Shown piece after piece: positions 12,793 to 21,635 of a DNA stretch of 62,033 bases. A program made the position numbers and the translations under genes. The stretch is from Deltaproteobacteria bacterium. Lineage in GTDB: Bacteria; Myxococcota_A; Polyangia; Polyangiales; Polyangiaceae. The DNA is taken from assembly GCA_016209145.1 (NCBI GenBank), contig JACQWT010000051.1:1-62033 (forward strand), written 5' to 3'. Numbering within the stretch: the first letter of the stretch is position 1; the number at the start of each line of letters is the position of its first letter. Below the pieces are notes generated by a model. That model did no database searches, was not told where the DNA came from, and was given only the letters and a program-made list of their open reading frames with translations.

Positions 12793-13306
12793 GGCTCTGC
12801 GCCGGAGCGACGACCGCTCGGCCTTCCAATCAGGGGACGAGGCCCTCGACCGATTCCTGCACCGCTACGCAGGCCAGAACCAGTTTCGTCACTACCTCGG
12901 CGTGACGTATGTGGCGGTCGACGCAGGGCGCATCCTCGGATTCGCCACGGTGGCGCCCCGGCATCTGGCCATCGAGGATCTGCCCGAGCGGACGCGCAGG
13001 AAGCTGCCCCGCTACCCCGTGCCGGTCCTCGGGCTCGCCAGGCTCGCGGTTGACAGGTCCGCCCAGTCGATGGGCCTCGGCACGCAGCTCCTCCGGTTCG
13101 TGCTCGAGCTCGCCGCGAAGATGGCTGACGATGTCGGCTGCGCCGGCGTGGTCGTCGACGCGAAGCCGGGCGCGGTCGGCTTCTACGCCAAGTTCGGCTT
13201 CGCGCCCTTCGAACCGATCGAGGGCCAGTCCGACGCGCGGCCGCGCCCGACGGCGATGTGGCTGCCCATCCAGGCGATCAAGGCGGCAAGCGGGCGGACG
13301 CGCTGA
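12782..13306 (+). CDS. GNAT-family N-acetyltransferase toxin (TacT/KacT-like)
   Basis: MEIRALRRSDDRSAFQSGDEALDRFLHRYAGQNQ...LGLARLAVDRSAQSMGLGTQLL...FYAKFGF. This is the typical architecture and size of GNAT toxins paired with a small upstream antitoxin. Confidence 0.7.
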   Translation: MEIRALRRSDDRSAFQSGDEALDRFLHRYAGQNQFRHYLGVTYVAVDAGRILGFATVAPRHLAIEDLPERTRRKLPRYPVPVLGLARLAVDRSAQSMGLGTQLLRFVLELAAKMADDVGCAGVVVDAKPGAVGFYAKFGFAPFEPIEGQSDARPRPTAMWLPIQAIKAASGRTR

Positions 13307-13373
13307 TGGGCCCGCCGCGGGCCCGACACGCAGAAACTTGCCACCGCACAGGCAAGCCGCCCATATTCCTCCC

Positions 13374-13976
13374 ATGCGCCCTTCCCCTCTCGCCGCGCCC
13401 CTGCTCGCCTGCACCCTCGTGCTCGGCTGCGGCGGCGCGCCCCCGGCCGCGCCCGTGACCGCCGCCAAGCCCGCCGTGACGAGCCCTCTTGCGCAAGTGG
13501 TCCAGCTCCCGGCCCCGAAGAGGCCCGAGCGCTACCTCGACCGGACCGAGCTCCACGCCGTGCTGCGCGAAGGGCCCGCCACCCTGCTCGAGCTCGTGCC
13601 CATCGAGGAGGTGCTCGACAAAGGCGCCTTCGTCGGCTGGCGCGTGCTGGAGCTGCCGCTCCAGTGGCAAGGAGCCGAGATCGAGCCCGGTGACGTGGTC
13701 ACGGCCGTCAACGGCATGCCGATCGAGAAGCCGCCCGAGATGTGGGCCGCGTGGACGACTCTTAGCGTGGCGAGCGAGCTCAAAATCGCCTACCAGCGCG
13801 AGGGCGAGAAGCGCGTGCTTGCCATTCCCATCGTGGGCGAGGCGGGTCCCGCGGCGACAGCTCTCACCGGCGCCGCACCGGCCGGCGCAGCCAGCGCACC
13901 AGCGCCGCGGCGCGGGCCCACGCACAAGCCGACCATCGTCATCGGCGGCGAGCGCGAGCCCGCGCAGGAGTGGTGA
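13374..13976 (+). CDS. Lipoprotein with a PDZ-like (GspC-like) domain
   Basis: ATG 13374 within ORF 12909..13976. Lipobox LLACTLVLGC. GWRVLELP...IEPGDVVTAVNGMPIEKPPEMWAAW resembles a PDZ-like fold. Confidence 0.5.
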   Translation: MRPSPLAAPLLACTLVLGCGGAPPAAPVTAAKPAVTSPLAQVVQLPAPKRPERYLDRTELHAVLREGPATLLELVPIEEVLDKGAFVGWRVLELPLQWQGAEIEPGDVVTAVNGMPIEKPPEMWAAWTTLSVASELKIAYQREGEKRVLAIPIVGEAGPAATALTGAAPAGAASAPAPRRGPTHKPTIVIGGEREPAQEW

Positions 13977-14013
13977 GCGCGAGCCTCGCGCCCCCCGCCC
14001 ACCAGTCGATCGC

Positions 14014-14796
14014 CTACCAGTCGATCGCCAGCCCGAGCACGAAAGTCGACGTGCCGACGTGCATCTGGGGCTTGGAGCCGATGCCGTCGAGGTTGGCCCC
14101 CATCCACTCGCCGAAGAGGAAAGCGTAGTCCACGCCGGAGCTCTCGCGCAGGGAGACGGCGGTGCGCGGATCGAAAGCGTTCAGGGCGAGCGCGGCGCCC
14201 ACGGCGGAATGCAGCCCGAGGCTCGTGCCTTGGCCGGCCACGCCTTCGTACTTGGACGTGCCGTCGCTGCCCGACGCCGTCCACATGCCCCAGCCCAGCC
14301 CGAGCTTGATGTACGGCACCACGGGGACGCTGTGCTCGCGCAGCAGGTAGTCGCCGCGCAGCACGGCCGAGACGTGCATCGGCAGGACGGTCAGACCCGT
14401 GTCGGCCGCCGACGCCTCGCCCGTACCGGAGATCATGGCCTTGGCCGAGGAGTGGGTGTAGCCCCACCCGTAGCCCCCGCCGAGCGAGCCCACGTAAGGG
14501 ATCCTCGCCGGCAGCCAGTCGAGCTCCAGCCCGAAGTAGAAGCGCGCGTCCGAGCCGAAGACGTCCTCGTAGGGGCTCTTGCCGCTGAGCTCCTCGTCCA
14601 CCTGGGGCCAGTAGGGGCCGAAGCGCACCTCGAAGGCGAAGTGCTCGGGATCGAGCCAGCCCGAGCGCTCGCCCCGGCGCGCGCGCTGGCGCCAGTCCTG
14701 CTCCAGGCCGGCCTTCTCGGCGCGAGCCGGCGCGGCAGAGCACAGCGCCGCAGCGGCGAGGGCCGCGGCGAGCGGGAGGACCGGGCTGCGGCTCAC
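14014..14796 (-). CDS. MXAN_2562-family outer-membrane beta-barrel protein
   Basis: Signal peptide, alternating aromatic/Gly beta-strand pattern, and a C-terminal ...FVLGLAIDW. Overlaps the upstream gene stop (4 nt). Confidence 0.55.
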   Translation of the reverse strand: MSRSPVLPLAAALAAAALCSAAPARAEKAGLEQDWRQRARRGERSGWLDPEHFAFEVRFGPYWPQVDEELSGKSPYEDVFGSDARFYFGLELDWLPARIPYVGSLGGGYGWGYTHSSAKAMISGTGEASAADTGLTVLPMHVSAVLRGDYLLREHSVPVVPYIKLGLGWGMWTASGSDGTSKYEGVAGQGTSLGLHSAVGAALALNAFDPRTAVSLRESSGVDYAFLFGEWMGANLDGIGSKPQMHVGTSTFVLGLAIDW

Positions 14797-16151
14797 GGCA
14801 GCCTCCCCGCTGGCGCCGCGCAGGTCCGCCTCGCCGTGCCCCGCCGCCGCAGGGCAAGCCCCAGCGCCAGGGCCGCCATGGCCGCAACCGAGCCGGGGCT
14901 GTTCTCCCGCCGCGCGGCCACACCGCAGAAGTTGCAGAAGCCCCCGCCGGCCTGCCCGCCGGCCTGCCGGTAGAGCTTGAAGAAGTCATCCACGGGCCGC
15001 GGGGTCGCGCAGGCGAGCTCACTGAGCTTGCCCTCGTTGCCCACGCCGTCGATGCCAGCCACCGCCACCGCATAGCGGACGCCATTGATCAGGCCAGTGG
15101 CCTCACCTTGCACGCCGCTGGTGGTGCTACCGCACGGCGTCATCCCTTCCGGCGGCAGCTCGCCCGCCACCAGCGTTTTGGCGCTGCACTCGCCGCTGGT
15201 GGCGGCGGCGCCGCCCGCGCCGGCGACGCCCGAGCTCGCCGAGCTCGCCGAACTGGCCGAGCTCGCCGCGCCGCCCGTGCCACCGCTGCCCCCTGCGCCC
15301 GCCGCGCCGCCAGATGCCGCACCGCCCGCGCCGGCCGCGCCGCCGCTCCCGCCTGCGCCCGCCCCGCCCGCGCCGGCCGCGCCCCCATCGCCCGAGACCG
15401 GCTCGTCTTGGGGCTCGTCGCGGCGCGCGCCGTAGGCGCTGCGCGCGGTCGCGCCGCCGTCCGTGCCGGAGCTCGCGCCGCTGGCGACCTCGCAGTAGAA
15501 GTCGTAGCGCTTGCGATCCGTGGTCGTCAACTCGGTGTAGCTCACCACGAGCTTGGTGTCGGATATGCCTGGCGTCACGCCGGTGGGCGGGGTTGGGCCG
15601 AGCAAATCTACCTGGGTCGGCCACGAGGCGGCGTTGTCTTGCACGTCCTCATTGGGGGTGGTCGTGATCAGGAAGTAGAGCACGACGTTGCGCGGCCCGC
15701 TGGTGGTGCTGGAGTCCTCGCAGCCGCTGTCGGTAAGCGCGTTGGCTATGTCCTTGGACGGGAGCTGCACGGTGGTGGTGTCCGGGGCAGGCTGTGCCTC
15801 CTTCGTGCGCACCTCCTTGCAGTGCGCGTTCGAACCGTTGCGCTCTGCGTCGAGCGAGCAGTTTGCGTCGCCTTCCGCCAGCCAGATCTCGAAAGTCCCG
15901 TTCGTTGGGTGGGCATCGAACGTGACGTTGAACTTGAACTCGTCATCGCTCTTGCAGTCCGCGTAGCTCACGGCCTGGGGGGACTCCGTCGAGGGGCGGT
16001 TCGAGAGCGTGCGTTTCTCGTACGCGACGGTGACCTTCGCGTGCGCCACGGACGGCAGGCCGATCGCCAGAAGCGCCGCCGCCGCGGCCCACAGGCGCGC
16101 CCGACGTACCGGAAGGGAGCTGCGTGACCTCATCGCCGCCATGCTCAACAT
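14793..16151 (-). CDS. MXAN_2561-family secreted protein with a MYXO-CTERM-like tail
   Basis: Signal peptide ending SVAHA, a Gly/Ala/Ser low-complexity linker, and a C-terminal GGFCNFCGVAARRENSPGSVAAMAALALGLALRRRG sorting-signal-like segment. Confidence 0.55.
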   Translation of the reverse strand: MLSMAAMRSRSSLPVRRARLWAAAAALLAIGLPSVAHAKVTVAYEKRTLSNRPSTESPQAVSYADCKSDDEFKFNVTFDAHPTNGTFEIWLAEGDANCSLDAERNGSNAHCKEVRTKEAQPAPDTTTVQLPSKDIANALTDSGCEDSSTTSGPRNVVLYFLITTTPNEDVQDNAASWPTQVDLLGPTPPTGVTPGISDTKLVVSYTELTTTDRKRYDFYCEVASGASSGTDGGATARSAYGARRDEPQDEPVSGDGGAAGAGGAGAGGSGGAAGAGGAASGGAAGAGGSGGTGGAASSASSASSASSGVAGAGGAAATSGECSAKTLVAGELPPEGMTPCGSTTSGVQGEATGLINGVRYAVAVAGIDGVGNEGKLSELACATPRPVDDFFKLYRQAGGQAGGGFCNFCGVAARRENSPGSVAAMAALALGLALRRRGTARRTCAAPAGRLP

Positions 16152-16252
16152 ACTTCGACCGAAATCTAGTCCACCCTACTCCGGTTCCAGGCGAGCGGCT
16201 AGAAAGCCCAACCTGGCGTGACGGCTCGGTGGTGGCGCGCTACGCTGGGGCC

Positions 16253-16571
16253 ATGGTGCACCTCGCCGAGCCCGCCTTCAGCCCCGAGCGGCTGCACTAC
16301 CGCCGGGCCCCGCGTCCGCTGGTGTTCCCCACCGAGGCCGCCGTGCCCGAGACCAAGCGCCACCTGTGCCTTCGCATGCTGCTGTTCGAGATCTTGCGGC
16401 GCGCGCTCGCCGACCGCGCCTGCGTCGGCTCCGAGCAGTTCGTCTACTACGACGCCTCGGACCCATCGCGCTGCCTCGCCCCGGACGTGTTTGTGCGCAC
16501 GGGAACGCCGGACTTCGCCTTCGACCTGGCGCATTGCCGAGCTCGAGGCAGAGCTGGGCAAGCGGAGGTGA
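16253..16571 (+). pseudogene. Uma2-family endonuclease remnant (internal deletion)
   Basis: The N-terminus MVHLAEPAFSPERLHY...PETKRHLCLRMLLFEIL...APDVFV is Uma2-like. The nuclease core is missing, and the family-typical C-terminus IAELEAELGKRR* continues in another frame (ORF 16218..16571). Confidence 0.55.
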
Positions 16572-16844
16572 CAGGCACCACAGGGCCCGCGCCGCGGCGC
16601 TCTGCTGTGCGGTGCCGTCCGCGGTACTGGCGAGCAGCTCTGCGCTGCGCTGCCGCGGCCTCGTGACGAGGCGGCAGGGCCGGCGCATCTTGTTTGGCCC
16701 AGGTTCTGCGGACCTGCACGCGTGGACCGCTGTGGACCGGCCGAGCGCACCGCTCGCCGATGTGCCACGGCCAGACGGGGAGCGCGCCGCCCGGCACAAG
16801 CTGGGCGGGCGCGCCCGTCGCGCGCCATCGGCGTCTCAATTCTC

Positions 16845-16914
16845 GGAAAGCGGGAATAGAGGCCCCGATGGCGAGGTGATCGCCCGGTCTATTCCCGCTT
16901 TTCGGGAATAGAGG
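16845..16914. promoter_or_regulatory. Three copies of CGGGAATAGA (direct, inverted, direct) in the intergenic region upstream of the kinase gene
   Basis: CGGGAATAGAGG at 16851-16862 and 16903-16914. Reverse complement TCTATTCCCGC at 16888-16898. There is a 14-bp inverted repeat GAAAGCGGGAATAGA / TCTATTCCCGCTTT. Confidence 0.3.
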
Positions 16915-17088
16915 GCCAGATCGCTTGCGCAGCGGGCCGGTAGACCGGAGGCCGTCTCCGAGGGGACGAAGCAGTCGCCCGCGCGCCCCGCTCGCAGTAT
17001 GGCGCCAATGTAGGATGATGCGCCGGTCCTGGACGAGGCGGCCGAGAGAGCGTAGCGGCAAGCTTCCGGAAGCGGTATTATCGCCGGC

Positions 17089-20000
17089 GTGACGCCACTC
17101 GGGCCCGGTACGAATGTCACGGCAAACGTGCGCCTGCTGCGGCACCTCGGCAAGGGAGGCATGGGCAGCGTGTGGGTCGCCGAGCACTTGACGCTCGACA
17201 CGCTTGTCGCGGTCAAGTTCATCTCGACGGACGTTTCCAAGGCAGAGCTGCCCGAGCTCATCAAGCGCTTCGAGCGCGAGGCCAAGGCCGCGGCAAGGAT
17301 CAAGAGCCCCCACGTGGTGGAGATCTACGACCGGGGCGTGATGGCCGGCGGCGCACCGTTCATCGTGATGGAGCTGCTCGAAGGCGAGAGCCTTGCCGAT
17401 CGGCTGGAGCGAGACGCAGCGCCCAGCCTGCACGAGGCGGCGCAGATCGTCCAGCAGGTCGGCAAGGCGCTCGGCGCCGCCCACGCGCTCGGCGTGGTCC
17501 ATCGGGACATCAAGCCCGAGAACATCTTCCTCGAGAACCGGCCCGAGCACCCCGCCTTCGTCAAGATTCTGGACTTCGGCATCGCCAAGATCGTGGCCGA
17601 GCAGCTTCTCAACCCCAAGGAGGCCGACCACCGTGTCGATCTGTGGGCGCTCGCGGTGGTGGCGTACGAGATGCTGACGGGCCAGCTTCCGTTTGCCGGG
17701 GAGACTGCGACGGCGCTGTGCCTGGCGATCTGCGAGGCCAAGTTCGTGCTCCCGAGCCGCATCAACCCGGCGCTGCCAAGCGCGCTCGACCAGTGGGTCG
17801 GGCGCGGCCTGTGCCGGATGCGCGAGGGACGCTTCGTGTCGGCCAAGGAGATGGCCGCGGCGTTCGTGCGGGCGCTGAGCCCGAGCGGGGTAGGCATGCC
17901 GGCCGCGCTGTTCGACAGCGGGGAGCACAATCTGCTTCGGCTCAAGCTCAGTCGCGCTGAGGAACGGCGGGCGCGGCGCAGCGAGGCATGGAAGCGGCCC
18001 GAGTGGCTGCTGCGAAGCGGCGGCGGAGGCGAGCCGCTCGGGCCGATCTCCCTCGATCAGATCTACCGGGCTCTTCGCGCCGGCGAGGTGCCGCCCGACG
18101 TGCAAATCGCTCGCCAGGGCTCATCCGACTGGCAGCTCGCGAGCCTCGTGCTGCTCGATCACGCCGAGCATGCCGGCGAGCCGGCGCACCGCGTCGGGCG
18201 CACGGTGCCCGGGGCGCCAGCCGAGGCGCTGGTCGAGCACGACCTGCCGCCCGCGTCGCGCGGTACGGCGCGGTTCTGGCCTGCCCCCGTTCGAGCGCCA
18301 ACGCCGGGCGAGTCGCGGCCTTCGCCCGGCGGCGCAAGCCGGCCGGCGACCCTCGGAGCGCCCACCTCCCCTACGGTACCGGACGAGCCTCCCGCGGCGG
18401 CGGCTTTGCACGAAGCAGAAGGCCTGCAGCCACCCGGGCGTGCGACGCCGGCGGCCGGCGCGGCCGAGCACGACTCGAAAGTGCCGACGGCTCCGGTGCC
18501 CCGCGCTGCGCCGCCGGTGGCTGGCGGCCACGCCGGGCGGCGAAGGTTTGTCACACGCATCAAGCGGCTGCTCGGCCGCGCCGCGCCGCCGGCCCTTGTC
18601 GGCGGAGACGAGGGCGAGTGGAAGGTATGGCTGCCTGGCGAGCAGCCCGCGGCGGACGGCCCAAGCCAGACGGAGCCCCTCGACAAGCCGGAGCCAGGCG
18701 AGCATCCGGCGGCGGCCCTGGGCGAAGCAGCCGGTGGGCCGCAGCCCGGGGCTGCGCCGACGCCGGCCGGCCCGGACGAGGACGCATCTGCCTGGGACGA
18801 GGACACATGGCGCGCACGCCGCGCGGCGTCACCGGAGGCTGCTGGTGGTGCTGCGCCCGAGGCTGCCGGTCCAGAGCCGCTGCCCTACGAGCCCACGGGT
18901 GCTGGTCGCCCCAAGCAGCAGGCCCGGACGTGGCCAGGCGGCATAGCGGCCCTCGGTGCCTCCCTGCTCCGGGCCTATCGGACCTGGCAGCAGTCGCGCA
19001 CAGCGGGGCTCGGCCCGAGCGATGGTCAGAGGCTGCCGGTGGCCGGCTCGCCGCGCTCGTGGCGTGCGCCAGCGACCATGCGCCTCGGCAAGCCGGCCGC
19101 CACTGGTCTGCGGGCGGCTGGCTCGCCGCTCCCGTGGCGTGCGCCGGGGACCATGCGCCTCGGTAGCTCGGCTGCGAGCAAGCCGCCGGCGCCGGATGCT
19201 GCTGCGCTTGCGAGCGGACCGGGCGCGGCTGGCGTCACCGCCCCGGTAGAGGGTGCGCTCCACCATTCCCACGGCAGGCCGCGCAGCCTGGCAGGCGTCT
19301 CGCGCGCGCTGCCGGCCGCGCTTCGCGCCGGATCTGCCAGCGCCGCTCGCATCGTGTCTGCCGCAGCGGGGCTATGGGCGGACCTGCGGTCGCGACCTTG
19401 GTTGAACAAGCGCGTCGCTGGCATCGCGGTTGGCTTCGCCGCGGCCGTCGTACTGGCCGTTGCGACCATCGCCGGCGTGCTGAGCCGCACCCCGGCCGAG
19501 CAGCCGATTCGCCAGCCGGCAGCCACGCCGGGGCCGAGCTCGCAGCAAGCGGCGCGCCCGACCGAGGACGGCGGCGCGGCGCCGACGAAGGAGGCGCCGA
19601 CGGGCATGGTGGGTGTGGCCGCCGGCACCTTCCTCGTGGGCTGCGGCGAGGGCAGCCCCAAGTGCTTGGACAACGAGAAGCCCGCGCACCGCGTCGATCT
19701 CGCCGCCTTCGGCATCATGGTCCACGAGGTGACCGCGCAGGAGTACGACGAGTGCGTAGCCGCCGGCCGCTGCCCGAGCCCGGGCAAGAGGCAGGGCTGC
19801 ACCTGGCGGCGCAAGGGCATGAAGCAGCGTCCTATCAACTGCGTGACCTGGGATGCTGCCGGCGCGTACTGTGCCTGGCGCGGCTGGCGGCTTCCTACCG
19901 AGGCACAGTGGGAGGCCGCCGCACGCGGCCCGAAGCAGCCGGACTACCCCTGGGGAAACCAACCGCCCTCGTGCGACCGCACGGTGGTGGCCGACGCGAA

Positions 20001-20286
20001 TGGCGGCGGCTGCGGCAGCGGCGGCCCCCTGCCGGTCGGCTCCCGCCCGGCGGACCGGTCGTGGGTCGGCGCGTTCGACATGGGCGGCAACGTGCGCGAG
20101 TGGACTGCGTCGGCCTACGCGGCCTACCCGGGCGGCAAGGCCGACCAGAGCGCCGGCGGCAAAGTCAACCGCGGCGGGAGCTGGCTGATGGAGCCGGCCG
20201 AGGCCAACACCACGCACACCCGTGACGTAGATGAGCCGGACCAGTCCCGACCGGATCTCGGCTTCCGCTGCGCTCTTGGTCTATGA
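17089..20286 (+). CDS. Ser/Thr kinase-like protein with a GYF_2-like segment, a long Pro/Ala-rich linker, a TM segment and a C-terminal FGE/SUMF1-like domain
   Basis: LGKGGMGSVW, VAVKF, HRDIKPENIFL and DFGIAK. C-terminal VGCGEG...NEKPAHRVDLAAFGIMVHEVT...NCVTWDAAGAYCAWRGWRLPTEAQWE...GGSW...LGFRCA. The activation-loop region is absent (see findings). Confidence 0.85.
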   Translation: MTPLGPGTNVTANVRLLRHLGKGGMGSVWVAEHLTLDTLVAVKFISTDVSKAELPELIKRFEREAKAAARIKSPHVVEIYDRGVMAGGAPFIVMELLEGESLADRLERDAAPSLHEAAQIVQQVGKALGAAHALGVVHRDIKPENIFLENRPEHPAFVKILDFGIAKIVAEQLLNPKEADHRVDLWALAVVAYEMLTGQLPFAGETATALCLAICEAKFVLPSRINPALPSALDQWVGRGLCRMREGRFVSAKEMAAAFVRALSPSGVGMPAALFDSGEHNLLRLKLSRAEERRARRSEAWKRPEWLLRSGGGGEPLGPISLDQIYRALRAGEVPPDVQIARQGSSDWQLASLVLLDHAEHAGEPAHRVGRTVPGAPAEALVEHDLPPASRGTARFWPAPVRAPTPGESRPSPGGASRPATLGAPTSPTVPDEPPAAAALHEAEGLQPPGRATPAAGAAEHDSKVPTAPVPRAAPPVAGGHAGRRRFVTRIKRLLGRAAPPALVGGDEGEWKVWLPGEQPAADGPSQTEPLDKPEPGEHPAAALGEAAGGPQPGAAPTPAGPDEDASAWDEDTWRARRAASPEAAGGAAPEAAGPEPLPYEPTGAGRPKQQARTWPGGIAALGASLLRAYRTWQQSRTAGLGPSDGQRLPVAGSPRSWRAPATMRLGKPAATGLRAAGSPLPWRAPGTMRLGSSAASKPPAPDAAALASGPGAAGVTAPVEGALHHSHGRPRSLAGVSRALPAALRAGSASAARIVSAAAGLWADLRSRPWLNKRVAGIAVGFAAAVVLAVATIAGVLSRTPAEQPIRQPAATPGPSSQQAARPTEDGGAAPTKEAPTGMVGVAAGTFLVGCGEGSPKCLDNEKPAHRVDLAAFGIMVHEVTAQEYDECVAAGRCPSPGKRQGCTWRRKGMKQRPINCVTWDAAGAYCAWRGWRLPTEAQWEAAARGPKQPDYPWGNQPPSCDRTVVADANGGGCGSGGPLPVGSRPADRSWVGAFDMGGNVREWTASAYAAYPGGKADQSAGGKVNRGGSWLMEPAEANTTHTRDVDEPDQSRPDLGFRCALGL

Positions 20287-20293
20287 ACCCGCC

Positions 20294-21142
20294 ATGACGA
20301 AGCGAGCGGGGAGTCCAGCACCGCGCGGATCGGCCCTCGTGGCGGCCGTGGTTGCTGCCGCGGCCATGCTCGCCGCACCGTTGGCACTCGCCCAGCCCGG
20401 GCAGTGTCCCGGCGGCAAACAGTGGTACGCGGGCAAGTGCCGTTACCCGGACGAGATTGCCGAGCTCGAGGCCAAGAGGAGGGCCCAGCAGCGCGCCGAG
20501 GGGCAACGGCGCAAGGCCGCGGCCGAGGCGCAACGGCAGGCCGAGCAGGCGCGCCAGGCAGAGGAAGAACGGCGCAAGGCCGAAGAGGAGCAGCGGCATC
20601 GCGCCGAGGAGCAACGGCGCAAGGCCGAGGCCGAGGCACAACGGGAGGCCGAGCAGGCGCGCCAGGCAGAGGAGGAACGGCGCAAGGCCGAAGAGGAACA
20701 GCAGCGGCGCGCCGCGGAGCAACGGCGCAAGGCGGAACAGGACGCGCAGAGGCGCGAGCTTGCCTCACCGCCAGCGCAGGCGCCCGCACCGCGTAGGACC
20801 GAGCCCCGGGCCGTCTCACCGTTCACCTACGTCGGCTTTGGCGTGGGCGCCGCCGGGCTCGTGGTCGGGGCGGTCACCGGAGCAGTCGCCAGCGCCAGAT
20901 CCTCAGAGCTTGACGATGTGTGCCCTGGTAATGTGTGCCCCCCGAGGAAGCGGGATGTCCTCGACAGCGCGAACGCGATCGCCGACGCCTCGACCGCGAG
21001 TTTCATCATCGGAGGCGTGGGAATCACCGTCGGGCTGGTCTCTGTGCTTGTTTCCGTCTACGGCCGTGACGAGGCTAGGGCGGGCGGGCAGCTCCGCCCC
21101 ACTGTGGGGCTCGGGTCGGCAAGCATCGCGGGGCGCTTCTAG
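20294..21142 (+). CDS. Secreted/membrane protein with an Arg/Glu/Ala/Gln-rich coiled-coil repeat region and two C-terminal hydrophobic segments
   Basis: ATG 20294 within ORF 20231..21142, with signal AAVVAAAAMLAAPLALA. Repeats of the form AEAQRQAEQARQAEEERRKAEEEQ. Confidence 0.5.
   Translation: MTKRAGSPAPRGSALVAAVVAAAAMLAAPLALAQPGQCPGGKQWYAGKCRYPDEIAELEAKRRAQQRAEGQRRKAAAEAQRQAEQARQAEEERRKAEEEQRHRAEEQRRKAEAEAQREAEQARQAEEERRKAEEEQQRRAAEQRRKAEQDAQRRELASPPAQAPAPRRTEPRAVSPFTYVGFGVGAAGLVVGAVTGAVASARSSELDDVCPGNVCPPRKRDVLDSANAIADASTASFIIGGVGITVGLVSVLVSVYGRDEARAGGQLRPTVGLGSASIAGRF
20522..20737 (+). repeat. Two tandem 108-bp (36-codon) in-frame repeats
   Basis: gccgaggcgcaacggcaggccgagcagg at 20522 recurs as gccgaggcacaacgggaggccgagcagg at 20630. 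Confidence 0.8.
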
Positions 21143-21164
21143 GGCCGTCGGCTTGGAGGCAACG

Positions 21165-21584
21165 ATGGCGAGCAGGCGGATCATGGCAGCGGGCAGTCGA
21201 GCAGCAGTTCTCGCGATGCTCGCCCTCGCCGCAGCCTGCCGCGCCATCGTGGGGCTCGACGAGTTCGAGGTCGGCGACGAGTTCGAGGTCGGCTGCGACA
21301 ACTCGGGCGACTGCGACGCCTGCCAGCAGTGTGCGACAGATGGCAACTGCACTGAAGAGCTCGCCGCGTGCATGGAAGACCAGACCTGCCCGGACCTGTG
21401 GGACTGCTTGAGCGGCTGCTTCGCGAAGCGCGGCGACCACGATGCGTGCTACGGGGATTGCACTTCGCCCGACCCCTGCGCCGCCATGGACCCCGACGCC
21501 ACGCAGATCTACCGCAACCTGGTTTCCTGCTTGTTTTGCAAGGAGTGCTACAGCGACTGCGGTGCGCCCTGCGCCTGCCAGTAG
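21165..21584 (+). CDS. Small Cys-rich lipoprotein
   Basis: ATG 21165 within ORF 20352..21584. Lipobox LALAAAC, a DEFEVGDEFEVG duplication, and many paired cysteines (CDACQQC, CLFCKEC). Confidence 0.5.
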   Translation: MASRRIMAAGSRAAVLAMLALAAACRAIVGLDEFEVGDEFEVGCDNSGDCDACQQCATDGNCTEELAACMEDQTCPDLWDCLSGCFAKRGDHDACYGDCTSPDPCAAMDPDATQIYRNLVSCLFCKECYSDCGAPCACQ

Positions 21585-21635
21585 CCGCCGCCGCGCGCGT
21601 CGAGCACACGGGCGCGGGTCAGGGCAACAGACCGC

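Noticed and set aside
16447-18105. 552-aa minus-strand ORF spanning the kinase leader and kinase N-terminus.
   Set aside because: It is antisense to clear kinase motifs and has no recognisable domain. It is a GC-driven open frame.
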